A stretch of 64,000 nt of DNA from positions 133,863,496 to 133,927,495 of the forward strand of contig NC_068984.1 in the NCBI RefSeq assembly GCF_001194135.2, read 5' to 3'. The notes beneath the pieces were generated by a model. It saw only the letters and a program-made list of their open reading frames with translations. It did no database searches and was not told where the DNA came from. Positions 33,341 to 48,851 of the stretch are shown here, one piece after another (position 1 is the first letter of the stretch; each line of letters opens with the position of its first letter). The DNA is from Octopus bimaculoides (lineage: Eukaryota). The position numbers were made by a program, and so were the translations under genes.

Positions 33341-36300
33341 TCCCCCTAGCATTGCTTGACAACCGATGCTGGTGTGTTTATGTCCCAGTCACTTAGTGAT
33401 AGAATAAGTACTAGGCTTACAAAGAATAAGTCCCGGGGTCGATTTGCTCGACTAAAGGTGGTGCTCCAGCATGGCCACAGTCAAATGACTGAAACAAGTA
33501 AAAGAGTAAAAGAGAGAATTACATCATTGAAATGCTGAAGCTATGAGCTAATGAATGATTACTTCAAAGCAATGTGAATGAATAAGCATCATTACATTTG
33601 ACAGAGGAATCTGAGTGTTAAACGGTTAAGTCATGAAGGAAGAATATACATTGTTGCTTGACCTGTTTAGAAATAACAACCAAACGTCTCTCAAATCATA
33701 CCCAACTATCTTCAAAAGATCACCTTGGTTAATGTTGTCTGGATTACATAATATCTTTAAAAAAAAATAAAGTTGGATGATCATAGATGGAACGACTTTA
33801 ACCACAGGTTTGCTCAGTCAGAGTCGACTAAGGGCTGGCTAAACAACGAAAACAACAACAACTATTTCTGCTGCTACTGCAGATGCCACAGAGTTTTATA
33901 TCCTTCTTCCATCTTCTGTGCATAAAAGATATGCAATGGCTACGATAGGAAAATGAAACTGAAAAATTAAAGCTGGGTTAAAGAAGCTTGCTTGGAACTT
34001 CTGTTTTGCCCTACGGAAATGATTAAATTTTCCAACATTGTTCACAACAGGATCTCTAAATCTTTTCTTCTTATACATGGTTGAAATTCCTGCCTATAGT
34101 AGAAAAGATTATTAGCACAACGATTAAGGCAGTGAGCTGGCAAAATCGTTAGCCCATCATCAACAAAATGCTTGATAATATTTCTTATGTTCTGAGGTTA
34201 ATTTTGCCTTTTCATCCTTTTGGGGTCAATGAAATAAAGTACCAGTCAAAACTGCTGGATTTGAGCCAAAATTAGAAAGAATTATTAGTATTGCCATTGC
34301 AGGGAAGTGGATAGACAGAATCAGGGGAGTGTCAAACAAAATGTGCTACCACAACAGCTCCTTTATAGGATCCAGTTAGCTCAAGACATCATCAGGAGGA
34401 ACCACGTCCAGTTTCGGCCCCTACTCCTCTACTGTTTTGACGTGGCGGGCCCCCTTCCTTTTGGAGGTGTCTTCAGCTCTGGTGTTGAGTGCATGTTTTC
34501 TTTCTTCTGTTCCCTGGCCTCTTCGATGCAGCATCAACGATTTTCAGCGGCCAACTGACTGTCTTGTCAAATTTCCCTTTGAATACCTGCTGCTAGGCTC
34601 CAGCAGGCAGCCCCAGCAAGTTGTCACGAAATTTGCATGGCACCTTGGGCAAGTGTCTTCTACTATAGCTTCGGGCAAGTTGGCATGAAATTTTTAAGGA
34701 GGTGGCATGTCCATTACATCAATTTCAATGCTTGATTGGTAATTATTTTATCAACCACCCCCTTCCTGAAAGGCTGAACAGCAAAATTGACCTTAGCAGA
34801 ATTTGACCTCAGAACATAAAGAGCTGGAAGAAACTAAGTGTTTTGTGAACAAAATGCTAATGATTCTGCCAGCTTGCTACCTTAATGGTAGCATTAATAA
34901 TGGTTTCAAATTTTGGCACAAGGCTAGCAATTTCTGGGGAGGGTCTAAGTCAATAACATCGACCCCCAGTAAGCAACTGGTACTTATTTTATTGACCTTG
35001 AAAGAATGAAAGGCAAAGTGGACTTCGGTGGCGTTTGAATTCAGGAAGTGAAGATAGACGAAATGTTGCTGAGCATTTGATCCTGCATGCTAATGATTCT
35101 GTCGGCTCACGGCCTTAATAGAAGAACTAATAATAAAGCCAAATATAGTTTGTTATTGTACTCAAGTCAACAGAGAAAGCTGCCATTGTGTAAGAACAAT
35201 AATTATTTACAGTAAAAGATGACTTCAGTGATAAGAATTTATTAGGTTATAAATACAATGTAAACATTTTCCGGATTTTTATCTGATATGTGCATGGGCC
35301 TGTGTGTGTTTTTACAAGTGTGTATACAAATGTGTATGTGTGTGTGTGTGTATGTGTGTGTTTGTGAATGTGAGTATTTGTAAATATGTGTATACACTTA
35401 TCATTTTTTCTTCAAATGAACTAGTTAAAGGAGGAGGAACAAAGCCCATGATGCAGTCATTCTCAGTTTTATAAGATCATTGTTTAGTTTGGATATCTGT
35501 AATTTGATATCTGCAGGAAAAACAGGACAGGTACTGAAAGCAAATTTCAGTAGATTGCCATTGTTGGAAGGAAGGATTTGGTAAAATGTTTATTGTAGTT
35601 TCCTAAGTGATGACACAATGAGAGAGAAGCAGAGTGTATTTTCCCAGGTGAAGAAGGTATGCAGCGAAGAGCAGACTGTTACAGTAACAATAGAAAAGAG
35701 ATGAAATAACACATCTGTAAGCAAAATGTCAGCTTTGTAATAAATCATCTATAGATCTGAAATAAATCAACTCATTACTAGATATTGTTCATATTTGTTT
35801 ATATAAAACTGGTCTTCTATAGCACATTTTATTGATTTTTTTTTTTCAGGATCTATTAGTTATGATTTTTTTTTTTTGAAAAAAAAGAACTTCAAAGCAA
35901 GACAATACTCACAGCTGTATGAAATCAATAGAGTTGCTGACCTACCTCTTGAAGAGTCAACATTTGTTATTCAGCCATTATTGATGTGTGTATTTTTGGC
36001 ATTGATGCTTAACTTAACAATGATCCTATAAATAGTTACTTTGACCATAAAATACTCTTAGTAAAGTCATAATATAACTGATATATGCTGTAATATTGAA
36101 GCCCTTTTCCCTCTATGAAGTATAGGCCATTGACAACTGTTCTTGTTCCTGGATTGCCTTTCCTGCTTTTCTCTGACTGGATTCCTGCAGCTTCCTTTCG
36201 AGTTTTATTGCTGTGTCATGTTTCCCTGAGGGAAGGCTTTCCTCTCTAAGGTCTTGTTGGTTTTGAATTGTCATCAACGCTTCTGTAACTTTACTTTTCT

Positions 36301-36658
36301 CTATGCATAGCCCTATGCAAATTCATTTTTACCTCTTGGAAGTGGTGGTCCATATTAGTCTAACCTCTAACGTTTGACTTGCCTTGAATAAGAGTTCCTA
36401 ACAGGAGCTTGTCCTCTGCTGGCTTAGCTCTAAGGATCATTGAGGCACACAAACTACCACAAAACAAAAAGGACTAGACCTTGTGGTGGATGTATACTGT
36501 AATATGCAGTGTTAAAAAGAAATAATACTACATGTGATCATAATAGCAGGGAGATATGAATATGACAGACAATATTTTTAACAATGATAAAAGCACTTCA
36601 CCAAGCAACTGAAAAATCTAAGTATTTAATAACTTTAGATGTTTTTCCACACTGTGAT

Positions 36659-37062
36659 ATCATCATCATCATCACCATCCAGTGTTTTAAATCCAAGTTT
36701 TGTCCCTGTTAATGGGGGTGGTCAGATCTACCTCAATGCCTTAGCAGCCACCCTCACATCATCTCACCATCTTGCCTGGCTTTCGGCGTCCTCCATTCTC
36801 AAGCCAACCCTCCCAATTTCCTCCTCCACCTGTCCCCTCTACTTTTTCCTCTGTCTACTTCCCTTTCACGGTCCATTTACCTCAAATGCAAGCACCCTCC
36901 TCAGAATATGCTCCTCATCCCTCCTCAGAATATGCTCCTCATCCCTCCTCAACACATACCACCGCACTCCATTTGCCCTTGCCAGCCATTCCACCGATTC
37001 CTCCAACCCCAGCATCCCCATGAAGTTCTCAGACCTCCTCTTATCAAATAGCTTCACACCAC
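36659..37062 (-). mobile_element. RTE-clade LINE 3' fragment with a (GAT)n tail
   Basis: The - strand encodes GVRWY.VLRRDEEHILRRDEEHILRRVLAFEVNG...VEEEIGRVGLRMEDA with stops. It includes a 24-nt internal tandem duplication and ends in a GAT-repeat tail. Confidence 0.75.
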
Positions 37063-37739
37063 ACTGAGTTTAAGATCTAATGTTATAAAATTATGAATCA
37101 AATTGAATTAATCAACTTTAATTACAAGTACATTGGCCTACTTCAGTTGAAAAGTAGCAGTGAGAAATAGGATAGCACAGGCTGTGTTTTTTCCTTACAT
37201 ACAAATTGCTTTATGAAAAATGTCATCTGCATTTTATTGAGTCTTGTCTCATAAAGTAATTCACACTATCATGCCTGTAATGTTTCTCTTTACTTGCAGT
37301 TGCACTTCCAATCAGAACAATTTTCAATAAACTGGCCTGTGATATCTATAACTGAGATATCCATGTTACTGAGAAATTCGGTTGTAAGATTTCTTTCTGG
37401 TTTTCCAGTCCATACAGTAGAGTTTTCAGTCTCAGTTTGGATGAATTCCTGTACTAATCACTGCATTAAGGCCAGGTCTTGAAAATCCTGCTTCTGGTAT
37501 ATTGTAACCCAGTATTACCTGTTTCATGGGTGGGTGTTTGGCAACTTGATTGGCTACCCAGCCTAGCTTGCAAGGTGAGGAGGATGTTGTGAATACCCTG
37601 CAGGCCTAAAAACAAAGCCCTGTCAAAGGACAGATGAGTTCATTGTGAGCCACCAGCCATCCACATGAGTAGTGTTTTGTATAAACATTCTGCACAAAGG
37701 CTGGGAAACTATGCAGTTGGTCCAAGATTGTAGCCATGA

Positions 37740-39100
37740 AAATTCCAATGAAAGAAATTTGCTCTTAAGTCGGTGTCAACCTCCACAAGTGATGTGTTAT
37801 TGATAAAAAAGTAAATCTTGCATCTCTTCAATTGATAAATACTTACCACAAGACTATTAAAATCTTCCAAATATTCCACATTGACATTTTGCATTCTCCT
37901 TTCTTTGGCAAGCTGGTTATTGACTGCTGGTTCTATTTCTTTGATAAATTCTAGAAAATCATTGCATAATTCTTGCTATAGCTTTATCTAAACTTCTTTC
38001 ATGCAATTCTTGATTATTTTACTCCAATATGTTTTAATATTATCTATGACCATTGGAGATGTCTCTGAAAGATTATTTATCTTGGTCAAATGTTTCTTCA
38101 ACAAGCTGTTTGAAGTTGTTACAAAGGTAAGCTTAATGTTAAAAATCACACCTTGAACCATGGGTTGATGTAAAGAAGTGTTGTTTTGTGGTAAGTAAAA
38201 CTACTTTCACAGGAATGCAAGGTGGTGAAGTTCTGTGGATGACCTGAAGCATTATCAATTCCTAACAATGTCTTAGATTCAAAGTTATGCTCTTCACAAT
38301 ATTTTCACTGCTGAAAATAAGCATGAAACAAACCAGTGTGGTTTGAACATTTCTTTTGTCACTCTGACCTTCTTGTTAGATCTTTAAAACACACACACAG
38401 TTATTGTCCGTATCTGTTGATGCTTTTCTGAATGATTAATAAGTGTTAACTTCCACTTGAAGCCTCCTGGAACACTGCCATAAAGTAGAAATGTTAAAGT
38501 CTTTCCTGGCCTTTAACAAGAGTCACTTTTCTTCTCGTGAAATTGAAGTGCAGGATTGCACTCCTTTCCAGAAATGCTTTTTTTTTTTGGCTACATTAAA
38601 TATAAGTTGGCAAAAATAGTTGCTATGTTTGATGATAATCTTAAGAACCTGAGGAACTTCCTTTGCTATCTGAGTGTCTACACAAGCAGCTTCCTATAAA
38701 TAGGGATGCTTTAAATTATGCCATCATTTGAATCTACCAAACCAAACTCTACTAACTACAAATATTTATGAATTATCTCCTTATTTTTGTGTCTAATGAT
38801 GCTCCTCCTATCCTGATGATATGCTGGCTTAATAAATTTTGCCATATTCTCCCATCTAAGTATACCTGCTGTTTTTTTAAAATTTACTCTTTGAACAATT
38901 TCCCTTCTTTGCTGATGACAAAGGGTCATCATGAGAAAAGCTTTTATTTTGTCCCCATTTGCTTTACAAGACTGTTTTAATTGTTGATGTAGTGAAGCTT
39001 AAAAATGTTCCCACATATATTTATCATTTGTACACTTTGAATTGGCCCAACACTTGAAATTCAACATCCAGAGCAATGTTTTACTTCACTGAACTTTCAG
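37740..39100 (-). mobile_element. Heavily decayed pogo/Tigger-type transposase fossil
   Basis: Frameshifted - strand segments GSVPGGFKWKLTLINHSEK, LLGIDNASGHP, VKVVLL and NNTSLHQPMVQGVI resemble the DDE_1 motifs LDNAPGHP and FLPPNTTSLLQPMDQGVI. Ends were not resolved. Confidence 0.7.
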
Positions 39101-41770
39101 CATTTGGTTGTTTTCCACTTGTGATTATCATAATCATCATTGTTTAATGTTCACTTTTCCATACTTGTACAGGTCACACAAAATTTGTTGAAGAGGATTT
39201 TCTACAGCCTGGTGTCCTTCCAATCACCAACCCTTATCTGTTTCCAAGTAAGGTAATATGTTCCCATGATCAGACATGCTTTCTCTAGAAGACTAGAAAC
39301 AAACAACATTGCTTGTATGACATATTTACGCCATGTAGCCAGATTTTGTGGACACTCTGTAAATTGTTTACTCAGCCAATTTGCATTTTCTGTTTTCAGT
39401 ATTTCACCTGTCAAGAAATGGAATTAAAACTGTATTGACTTAACACATTAACTGCCACACCCAGTTACTGAAACTTACTGGTGATGCCACGTATTATGCA
39501 CCGTCACACTGTATACTGTTTAATTACAAGGAAATGTAATTTTGCATTTTTACAATATTTCATAATTAGACTTTAATATTTAACACTTATGTTATTGAAA
39601 TATCCTCAAGACCATGTCCAAAGACATGGAATAAATTATTTTCTCAAATTATGAAAATGTTCCACTGGTGGCACATATGGTGGTTGTATGAAGTTTGTGA
39701 TGAACCACTGGTGGCCCTTCTCAGGAACACATCTCATTATGGTTATAATAAGGAAACTTTTACCCTTCACACCTTATTAATGTGGAGGTGTGTGGCTTAG
39801 TGGTTAGTATGTTGGACTCATGATTGTAAGATTATGATTTTTTCGGCTTGTGAAGATCTGTTGGGGCAAGTGAAAGTGAAATTGTGATGGCACCTGTACC
39901 AGTGGAGCGCTAAGAGCACCATCTGAGCGTGATCATTGCCAGAGCAGCTGTCTGGCTTCCATGCCAGTGGCACGTAAATAGCACCATTTGAGTGTGATCG
40001 TTACCAGTGTCGCCTTACTGGCACTTGTGCCGGTGGAACATGAAAAGACATTCAAGTGAGGTTGTTGCCAGTACCGCTGGATTGGCTCCTGTGCAGGTGG
40101 CATGTAAAATATACCATTTTGAATGTGGCCGTTGTCAGTACCGCCTGACTGGCTTTCGTACCGGTGGTACGTAAAAGCACCCACTACACTCTCGGAATGG
40201 TTGGCGTTATGAAGGGCATCCAGCTGTAGAAACTCTGCTGGATCAGATTGGAGCCTGGTGTAGCCATCTGGTTCGCCAGTCCTCAGTCAAATCGTCCAAC
40301 CCATGGAAGGCGGACGTTAAATGATGATGATGATGATGATGATGATGACCAGGTGACACATTGTGTTCTTGAGCAAAACATTTGATTTCACATTGCTCAG
40401 CTGGTAAAAATGAATAATCCTGCAATGGACTGGCGTCCCATCCAGGTGAAGAATATACATGCCAGGAAACCGGCTCTTATGAGTTGGTATGACTCAAGAA
40501 AGTAACTTTTTATTTATGTGAAGACAAAATAGAAATTACATTCGTATAATTCTTCGATTTTCACTGTGATACTGGACAAGTTTGAAAAGTTTAAAAACCA
40601 TCTCTTATTTTTATTAATTGAAGTAATTGGTCTTCCCTCTTTCCATCCTCACAGGATTTCCAATGAGAAATACTGTTTTACAGACCAATCACTATATATA
40701 TAAAAACTGATAATGTAACAGAAAAAAAGACAAAAAAAAAAACTAATGCAAAATAGACATTTTATTCAATAAAAATAATGTTTAAATGTCAAAAAAATTA
40801 TAACATCTTTTCATTTATTTTTTGTGGAATTCATTGTTTTCAAAATAATTTAAAGAATTTCAAGGACGCTTTTAAACAACTTGGTTTGAATTTTGTTCCC
40901 TTAAAGAAGGGATAAGGAGTAAATTAGTTTTTTTCAAAAAATATTTACAATAATAAATAAATAAATTTTTTTTATGGAAAGGGAAATATAAAATGTAAAT
41001 TTAGAACTATTTGATGCATTTAATTGTGGAATAATAAAAGTATATTTTTTTTCTTGAATAGTTGTTAAAATTGGTTTGACTTCACACAGCAGGGAATTCT
41101 GGACTTGCAAATGCGCATAAAAAAATATAACTGGAAGAATAAGGGCTAAACTACACCAAGGGGAATACACAGTGCTGAAGATAGTGACTAATTCAGATAC
41201 ATTATTAATGAATTATGTTATTATAATAATTGTTTCTAATTTAGGAACAAAGGCAGTGAGCGGGAAGAATAATTAGCATGTTGGACAAAATGTTTTGTGG
41301 CATTTCTTCTGACTCTTTACATTCTGAGTTCAAACTTTACCAATATTAGCTTTGCCTTTTGTCCTTTCAAGGTTGATAAAATAAAGAATCAGCCAAGTAC
41401 TGGGGATGTAGAAGAGCATGGCTTAGTGATTAGGGTGTTGGGCTCATGATTGTAAGATTGTGGTCTTGATTCTTGGACTAGGTGATGTGTTGTGTTGTGT
41501 TGTGTGCTTAAGCAAAACACTTCATTTCACATTGCTCCAGTCAACTCAATGGATAAAAATGAGTAATCCTGCAATGGGTAGGATTTGAACTCAGTGCAGA
41601 GGGAGTTGGAACAAATATTGATTTCAAATTTTGGTACAAGACCAGCAAATTCAGGGGAGGAGGCAAGTGGCAATGCCACAAAATGACACTCATGAGATGC
41701 CACTAAACATTTTGTCCAGTGTGCTAATGATTTTTTTTTTTATACTCTAGGCACAAGGACCGAAATTTTT

Positions 41771-41828
<58 letters not shown>

Positions 41829-44800
41829 GAGAGATTTAGCTATGTCTCCACTAAATCTATTGCTCAGTTTAATACCATAATACCACCACCTGCTGGTCCT
41901 TGAATACCTTCATCAGAGTCCATACAGTTGCAAGTATTTGGGGCCATGTCTCTGGTCTGGGGATATCTTCCTTCCATCACTCATGACAGTCCCCCAAAAG
42001 AGGCACGAGCACTCCTCTTCCTCATCTCATTATACCATTAAAAATTTCCTGCCACACAAGAGGGTAAGTAATAATTTCTGATGAGATGCAAGTGTAAGGT
42101 GTACACTCTGTTTCATTAATGTTTTCATCACATATACTAAATCAAAATGTAAAACCTCAGCTGTAAATTGTGGGTGAACTTATTTCTATTTAATAGATTT
42201 CCTACTTCACCTTTTTTCATTTGATATAACCCAGGTTGTACTTGAATTTTGTGTCATAGAACCAGGGAACACTTTCACAGACTGTTAGCAGAAGGGTTGA
42301 TCTGTTACAGTCCTAATTTGCTTTCAAGAATTTTAGAAGTTTAGTTTCATTTGGTTAATGAACCACTTATGCATTGCTCACAGCATTCAATGGCTAACAT
42401 TATTGATACCTCAGTATGTCACAGCCTTCTGGTCCATGAAGCACAACTTATAAATCAGGTGTTTTTCGCTTAAAGATATTATTGAAATATGAAAGAAGCA
42501 TAAAAAGTGCTTACAATAGATATTTGCTAGTAATTAAACAATATTATTAGCCAATAATTAATGGAAGTAAATGCTAGTGGTGACTTTCTAAGCAACTTAA
42601 CTAACAACAATGATAAAAATTAAGTCAGAATAACTCCAAAAATCGAACTAAATCTCATTGATTTTATATGAAGAATCTATCAGAAATAGGTTTACATATT
42701 TGCAGGTCTGAGCCTGCAGGAATGTGTAAGTGTTGCAGAGATCATGTTCGTTATTATGTTATAAAACTGTAGTCGCTCCTATGATTTAAGTGGTAAATTC
42801 CTTTAGTAAATTGGGGGTTTCCAATATTTCAAAAAGGCACATGAAGAAAATCATGCTTGTCATTTATGTCTAGATTTTTTTCTTCTTAATTTTTAATTTG
42901 GAAGAAAGAGCAATGCTGATGATTTTCATAGGGCCCGCTGAAATAGAGGTGACATTCAGTCAGTCAACACCTGCAGGGAACATCCAGAGAGTGGATTGTT
43001 CTGGGAAGGAAAGATTGGAAATGCTGATGAGTGCTGACTCAAGGTATGCATATGGGGTGGGGTGGGGGAAGGGGTAGAGAGATAGAGTATGAGTGGAAGA
43101 AAGGAGTAGAAGCAAGTGGATTTGGATGGCAGTGATACGCAAGTAGCTTGTTGAGAGGAGTCGAAGCAGTTGGAGTAAAGAAAAAAAAGGAAAAACAATA
43201 GAGTTAAATACTCTAGAATAAATAGTTTTAGTTGGGGATAACTGAATATGGTCCTAATAAATTGATGAGACCCATTAAAATGATGGCATGTTGGATGAAC
43301 AGCATTTATGGAGGGTGAGCCTACATTGTATATCTTGTAAGGCACTTTATTTTCAATGGCTCAACTCGCATACCTGTAAATATTTGACACAGGAAGTTCA
43401 GCTCATCTCACCATAAGAGGAGGTTCACAGGCAGACATTCTACATAACAGTCTGAACCTTTGCACCATTAGACTATGCAGCAGTGGTCATTTAATTCTCC
43501 AGGTTAATGACTAAGGCCAGAAATCACAACTAGGCAGATTGAGTGATGTGAAACGAGTCAATAATTAAAAATATTACAGAATTGGCTTAGCTTGCTGGAG
43601 TTTACCACCACTCAATGGTATTCTCACTGAAAAATAAAAGGCCTCTTCACCAAAATCTCCAAACATTTTCCATTACTAATTACATGTTAACTGATTTACT
43701 AAAGAAAATAAAGAGAATGCTTGCATAAATAGTAAAGTGAAGCAGCAATACAGACAAGAATTGAACTGCTGTAAATAAGAACAGGGTACCATGATAAAGC
43801 TGAATGGCTAAGCAAAGCAACTATGGATGCTAAATGAAAACAGGTCACTGTAATTGGATAGGAACAAAAGAAGTTAATTAGAAATTAGATTGAAATCTAA
43901 CTCTAATATGCAATAATTAGTAACATGAAACATAAATTAGACATGTTTAAATGGTGGAAGAACGAGTTACAGGAGGATAATAATATTACCAAACAACAGG
44001 GCCAGCCTTAAGCCAACTGGACCAATTGCTTCCAATTGGGCCCCATGCCCAAGGGGGCCTGGTGCTCAAGGAGGCCACATCCTGTACTGTGACATTCATG
44101 AAGGTGGTCTCCCTGAAGTTTAAAAAAAATTACATAAAAACACTCTTTTATTTAAAAAAAAAAACATACTTTCTACACTTTAGCAACACAAGATACCAAA
44201 AGATAAACCCATTCGTCCGAAATTACTTGGGTCAGCCTTGCTTGTATTTTTAGTGTAACGGTCAGTTGTATGTATGCATGTGTGTATATGAATGTTTGGG
44301 AGTGTTTATGGGCATGTTTGGGTAAAATAATTGTGTGTGTGTTTGAGAGAGTATGTATGTAGTTGTTTAAGTGTATGGTGAATTGTATGTATATATGTGT
44401 GCATATGTCTGTGTGTTAGTTGCTCTAAATATACTTTGTATAAGTTTAATTTTGGGGAAACTTTTTATTTCAATATCAGTAGGGTTATACTCATTTCCTA
44501 ATCTGTCAACCGAGGTGTGAGTCAAGGTTTGATTATGTCTTCTGCACTGGTCCTTCACTACATCAATGACTGTCTAGTTATCTCCACTAATATATATTCC
44601 TATGCAGATAATAACATACTTTGCAATATTTGTGCAAAAGTGTCATCCTACTACTTTCCATTTGTAACAGCAATGAGGGTTCCAGTTGATCCGATCAATG
44701 GAACAGCCTGCTCGGGAATGAAATTTGGAAGTGGTTGAGTACTCCAGACACGTGTACCCTTAACGTAGTTCTCAGGGAGACTTAGCATGATACAGAATGT

Positions 44801-45979
44801 GACAAGGCTGGCCCTTTGAAATACAGGTACCACTCATTTTAGCCAGCTGAGTGAACTAGAGCAATGTGAAGTAAAATATCTTGCTCAAGGACACAACATG
44901 CCACCGGGAACCGAACTTGGAACCTTATGACCATAAACTGAATACCCTAACCCCTTAGCCATGCACCTTCACTATAACACTATAACTAAGCATTTCCTGT
45001 CAGAGGTGTATCACAAAAATAGAGACCTTCATAACATTGAAACAGGGGCATGATAACATGGCCTTATACAAGAACATGAAGGGACAATAACTACACATAA
45101 AGCATACACAAAACACACTACATCTTTTTTTCTCATGGACAATACAAAACTTAAACTTTCAAATTCTTCACAACTGCCAAGCATATAAAATATCTGATGA
45201 TTTGACAATATGAGTAACAATAATAATGCTAATCATAATTATTATTATTATTGTTGTTGTTCATTAATTCAACATCCTAGCTTATAGTGAGTCTGTTACT
45301 GATACTTTTTCAAAGATCAGTGTTATTCAACAAACATTATTTATAATTTAACCGTTTTGTTACCAACCTGGCAGAAACTGGCTCTGAGTACAAATGTCTT
45401 GTTTTCATAAGTTTTGAATTAAAATCTTCCACCAAACCTTAGTCACAATTTATGTTCCTAACACTAGCTGAATGATAACTAAGTTATTTTACTAAATTCT
45501 TTGTTATATTTAAAGTAATTGAAAGAAACACAAAACATCTCAAAATAAATATAGTAACAAAAGAGTTAAAGAAAGTCAGAGTTCCAATTTGCTGGCAATT
45601 CAAGAATGGAACATTCCTAATAACTTATGTTAAACTGTAACAAGGAGATAAATAGAGAGAGAGAGAGAGAGGGAGAGAGTGTGTGTGTGTGTGTGTGTTG
45701 GTCTGGTGGTTTGGGTGTTGCACTCATGATTACAAGACTGTGGTTTCCATTCCTAGACTGGGAGGTGCATTGTGTTTTGGAACAAAACAAATTTCATGTT
45801 GCTCTACAATTACTTCAACATCAGACATGTGGAAAACATGGACTTGCACAAGCGATGTTGATTTGATGGAGGGAGTGAGCTAATGCACACCACAAACATT
45901 AAGAAAATCATCTGTGTTAAATTATTTAGCAAGAAATTGCTAAGCCCTCATCTGTTTTTGCAAGAGAGTTCACCACATG

Positions 45980-46021
<42 letters not shown>

Positions 46022-46314
46022 CTAGATAAAGATAAATATGGCCGGTCTATGGGGTTAACCTAGGTTTCATGTCTATAAAGCGCTTAGCTTTACCCCATTT
46101 CTTCAAACACTAAATCCGTTGGCCTACAGCCTCTCTAGANNNNNNNNNNNNNNNNNNNNNNNNNNNNNNNNNNNNNNNNNNNNNNNNNNNNNNNNNNNNN
46201 NNNNNNNNNNNNNNNNNNNNNNNNNNNNNNNNNNNNNNNNNNNNNNNNNNNNNNNNNNNNNNNNNNNNNNNNNNNNNNNNNNNNNNNNNNNNNNNNNNNN
46301 NNNNNNNNNNNNNN

Positions 46315-46347
<33 letters not shown>

Positions 46348-47558
46348 ATAAAGGTTACAAACCTCAATCAGGGATAGCAAAATCCTCTGAAAGTATTGGT
46401 TAGTTACCTATACAATGAATGTTGAACATTACAGTTAATATTCATCTGTAAGGTAACTATATAAATCGTGGTTTATATATATTTATTTATTACAATAAGA
46501 TAAGAAAATAGAAGAGAGATAATTAATAAATTATTATTTATTAATCATCTCTCTATTTTCTTATTGTTATATATATTATTTGGGATCGTTAATCAACTTG
46601 TTGAAAACAACAAAAACATTTACTGATGGTGAGACGCTATGCGTAGAGAGAAATATATTAATAATATTGACTGTATACTTAGGTTTCCCATGTAACAGCT
46701 AAGTCAATGGTTGAAAGCAAAAGCTGAAGTGTTAGACAAATCAGTATTACACACACACACACACACACTGCATTAAGTGCCACAAACTTCATCATACGAT
46801 TCGTTAATCTATTTACATTCAGTTTCTCTTTATTTCAACATTTAATAATTTAAAATGTCATAAAATATATACAATCAACATACAAAAAAAAAATTAGATA
46901 GAATTAGTCCCAACCTTTAACAAAAAAAACAACAAAAAACACCAAGCTTAAAAAGCTTCTCTTGGTTATCAACAATCAACTAACAGAGATATGGGCTTTG
47001 GACCCAAAGATGTTTCCCAGATTAGCTTTGTTATTATTGATGGATGAATTGTGAGGAAAATAGTGATGATAATGATGATGGTGATGGCGCCAGCGGCAAG
47101 ATGGAAGAGAAATATTTTGAGGGAAGGAGCAAGATTCAATAGTTTTGTATAAATAGCAATATAAACCCCACAGACAAAAACTGTGACAAAGAAACAGCAG
47201 GGAAAGCCCAAAGGAAGCTGTTTGAGTGTGTGCTTAAGGCAGTTTTATACAGGTGTATAGATCTTTGTGTATGAGTGTGTATATGTAAATATGTATGTGT
47301 GTGTGTGTGTGTGTGTGAGTGTGTGTATAAATGTGTGTTTGTGCCTGGAAGTGTGCATACACATGTGTGTGTGTGTGTAATATACATGTAAACATACGTA
47401 TGTAAAGTATGCATATACACACACAAATACACTAGACAGTCAGTATATATGCATACATTGATATATATATTTATATCCAACACCTTTTAATGTCTTCCCC
47501 ACCAACCCAGTATGGCAGTTTTTTGGGAGAATGTTGAAATACTTGGTGAAAAAACTTG

Positions 47559-47704
47559 CTAATCTTTTGGATCTTGACATTGGGCACATTCGTTCATGTT
47601 TTCTTCATATTCCTCAACTTGGATAGTTACTTCCATTGGACCGAATCGATTTGTTAGAATGTTGGTAGCTTCTCGCATTATTTTCAATGGATCAGAATAT
47701 TGGT
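47559..47704 (-). CDS. SLC30A2: ZnT terminal coding exon: [48 protein letters not shown]
   Basis: Acceptor ttttttacag|AC, TAG at 47561-47559, 146 nt, with TIQxE and CxxC motifs. Not in the ORF track. Confidence 0.93.
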
Positions 47705-48799
47705 CTGTAAAAAACATGAACACAAAAGCTTTTTGAATGATTGAATAATATTTATAGAGTGCTACAGAGGGCAGTTTAGAGTAATGGTTTTAAACCACTT
47801 TTGGCCTGTGGACCCCTTAGATTCCTCTTTCACCCTACAGGACCTCCATAACCATTTGGTGTATCGTAAATCCTTGAGTATAGTCCGCCCTTGAGTATAA
47901 TACACAGGGGATTTTTAGGGGTCTGTACCTCTGAAAAACCTAAACCTTGTGTATAATACTCACTCTTTCTCTAACTTGAGTCAAGGAGGTCTATATAACG
48001 TCCTTGGTTTGTAAATATATATACGGTAACGTCCTTTATTATTACTGTATTTATAACATAATGCAAACGTGTAGCTTTTTTGTGCACTTTGTTTGCAGAA
48101 AATATAGAAATAACAGTAATAACGTCAGTGAAAAATAAATATTAAGTAAATTGCCTTTACATATTTATCACTATACAATAATGGTGATGTTCTTAACTGT
48201 TATATGGGAATGTAAATATGTTTGCAAATTGTTTTTGTTACATGTTATTCTGTGTTCTGAATACTTTTATTTTAATAAATGTTGCTTACTGCAAGTTATG
48301 GATGATTTTTTTTATGACTTCATTGCTTTCAGGCTTAGCTTAAGGTATTTTCGCGCCCGACATCACAAAATGCATCTGAATAAACATTGCCAGATAGCAA
48401 ATAGAGACTCGGACATTGCTTAGAAAATATTTTTCATTTTTAACCTCGTATATAGTACACACTAGGGATTATGACCTTTAAATTTGGGGAAAAAATTGCG
48501 GATTATACTCGAGGATTTACGGTATATAAAAACATCCTACAGTATTTTTGTAATTACATATTATTTGAAATTATTCTTTTATTCTTTTACTTGTTTCAGT
48601 CATTTGATTGCGGCCATGCTGGAGCACTGCCTTTAGTCGAACAAATCGACCCCAGGACTTATTCTTTCTAAGCCTAGTACTTATTCTATCAGTCTCTTTT
48701 TGCTGAACTGCTAGGTAATGGGGACATAAACACACCAACATCGGTTGTCAAGTGATGGGGTGGAGGGACAAATATAGACACAAATAACAAATACATACG

Positions 48800-48851
<52 letters not shown>

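Noticed and set aside
34300-34640. Locally GC-richer island with short ORFs and CTGAAGA/GAAAC motifs on the - strand
   Set aside because: The ORFs have no domain signal or splice support, and the motifs do not fold into a hammerhead; probably an unrecognised repeat fragment.
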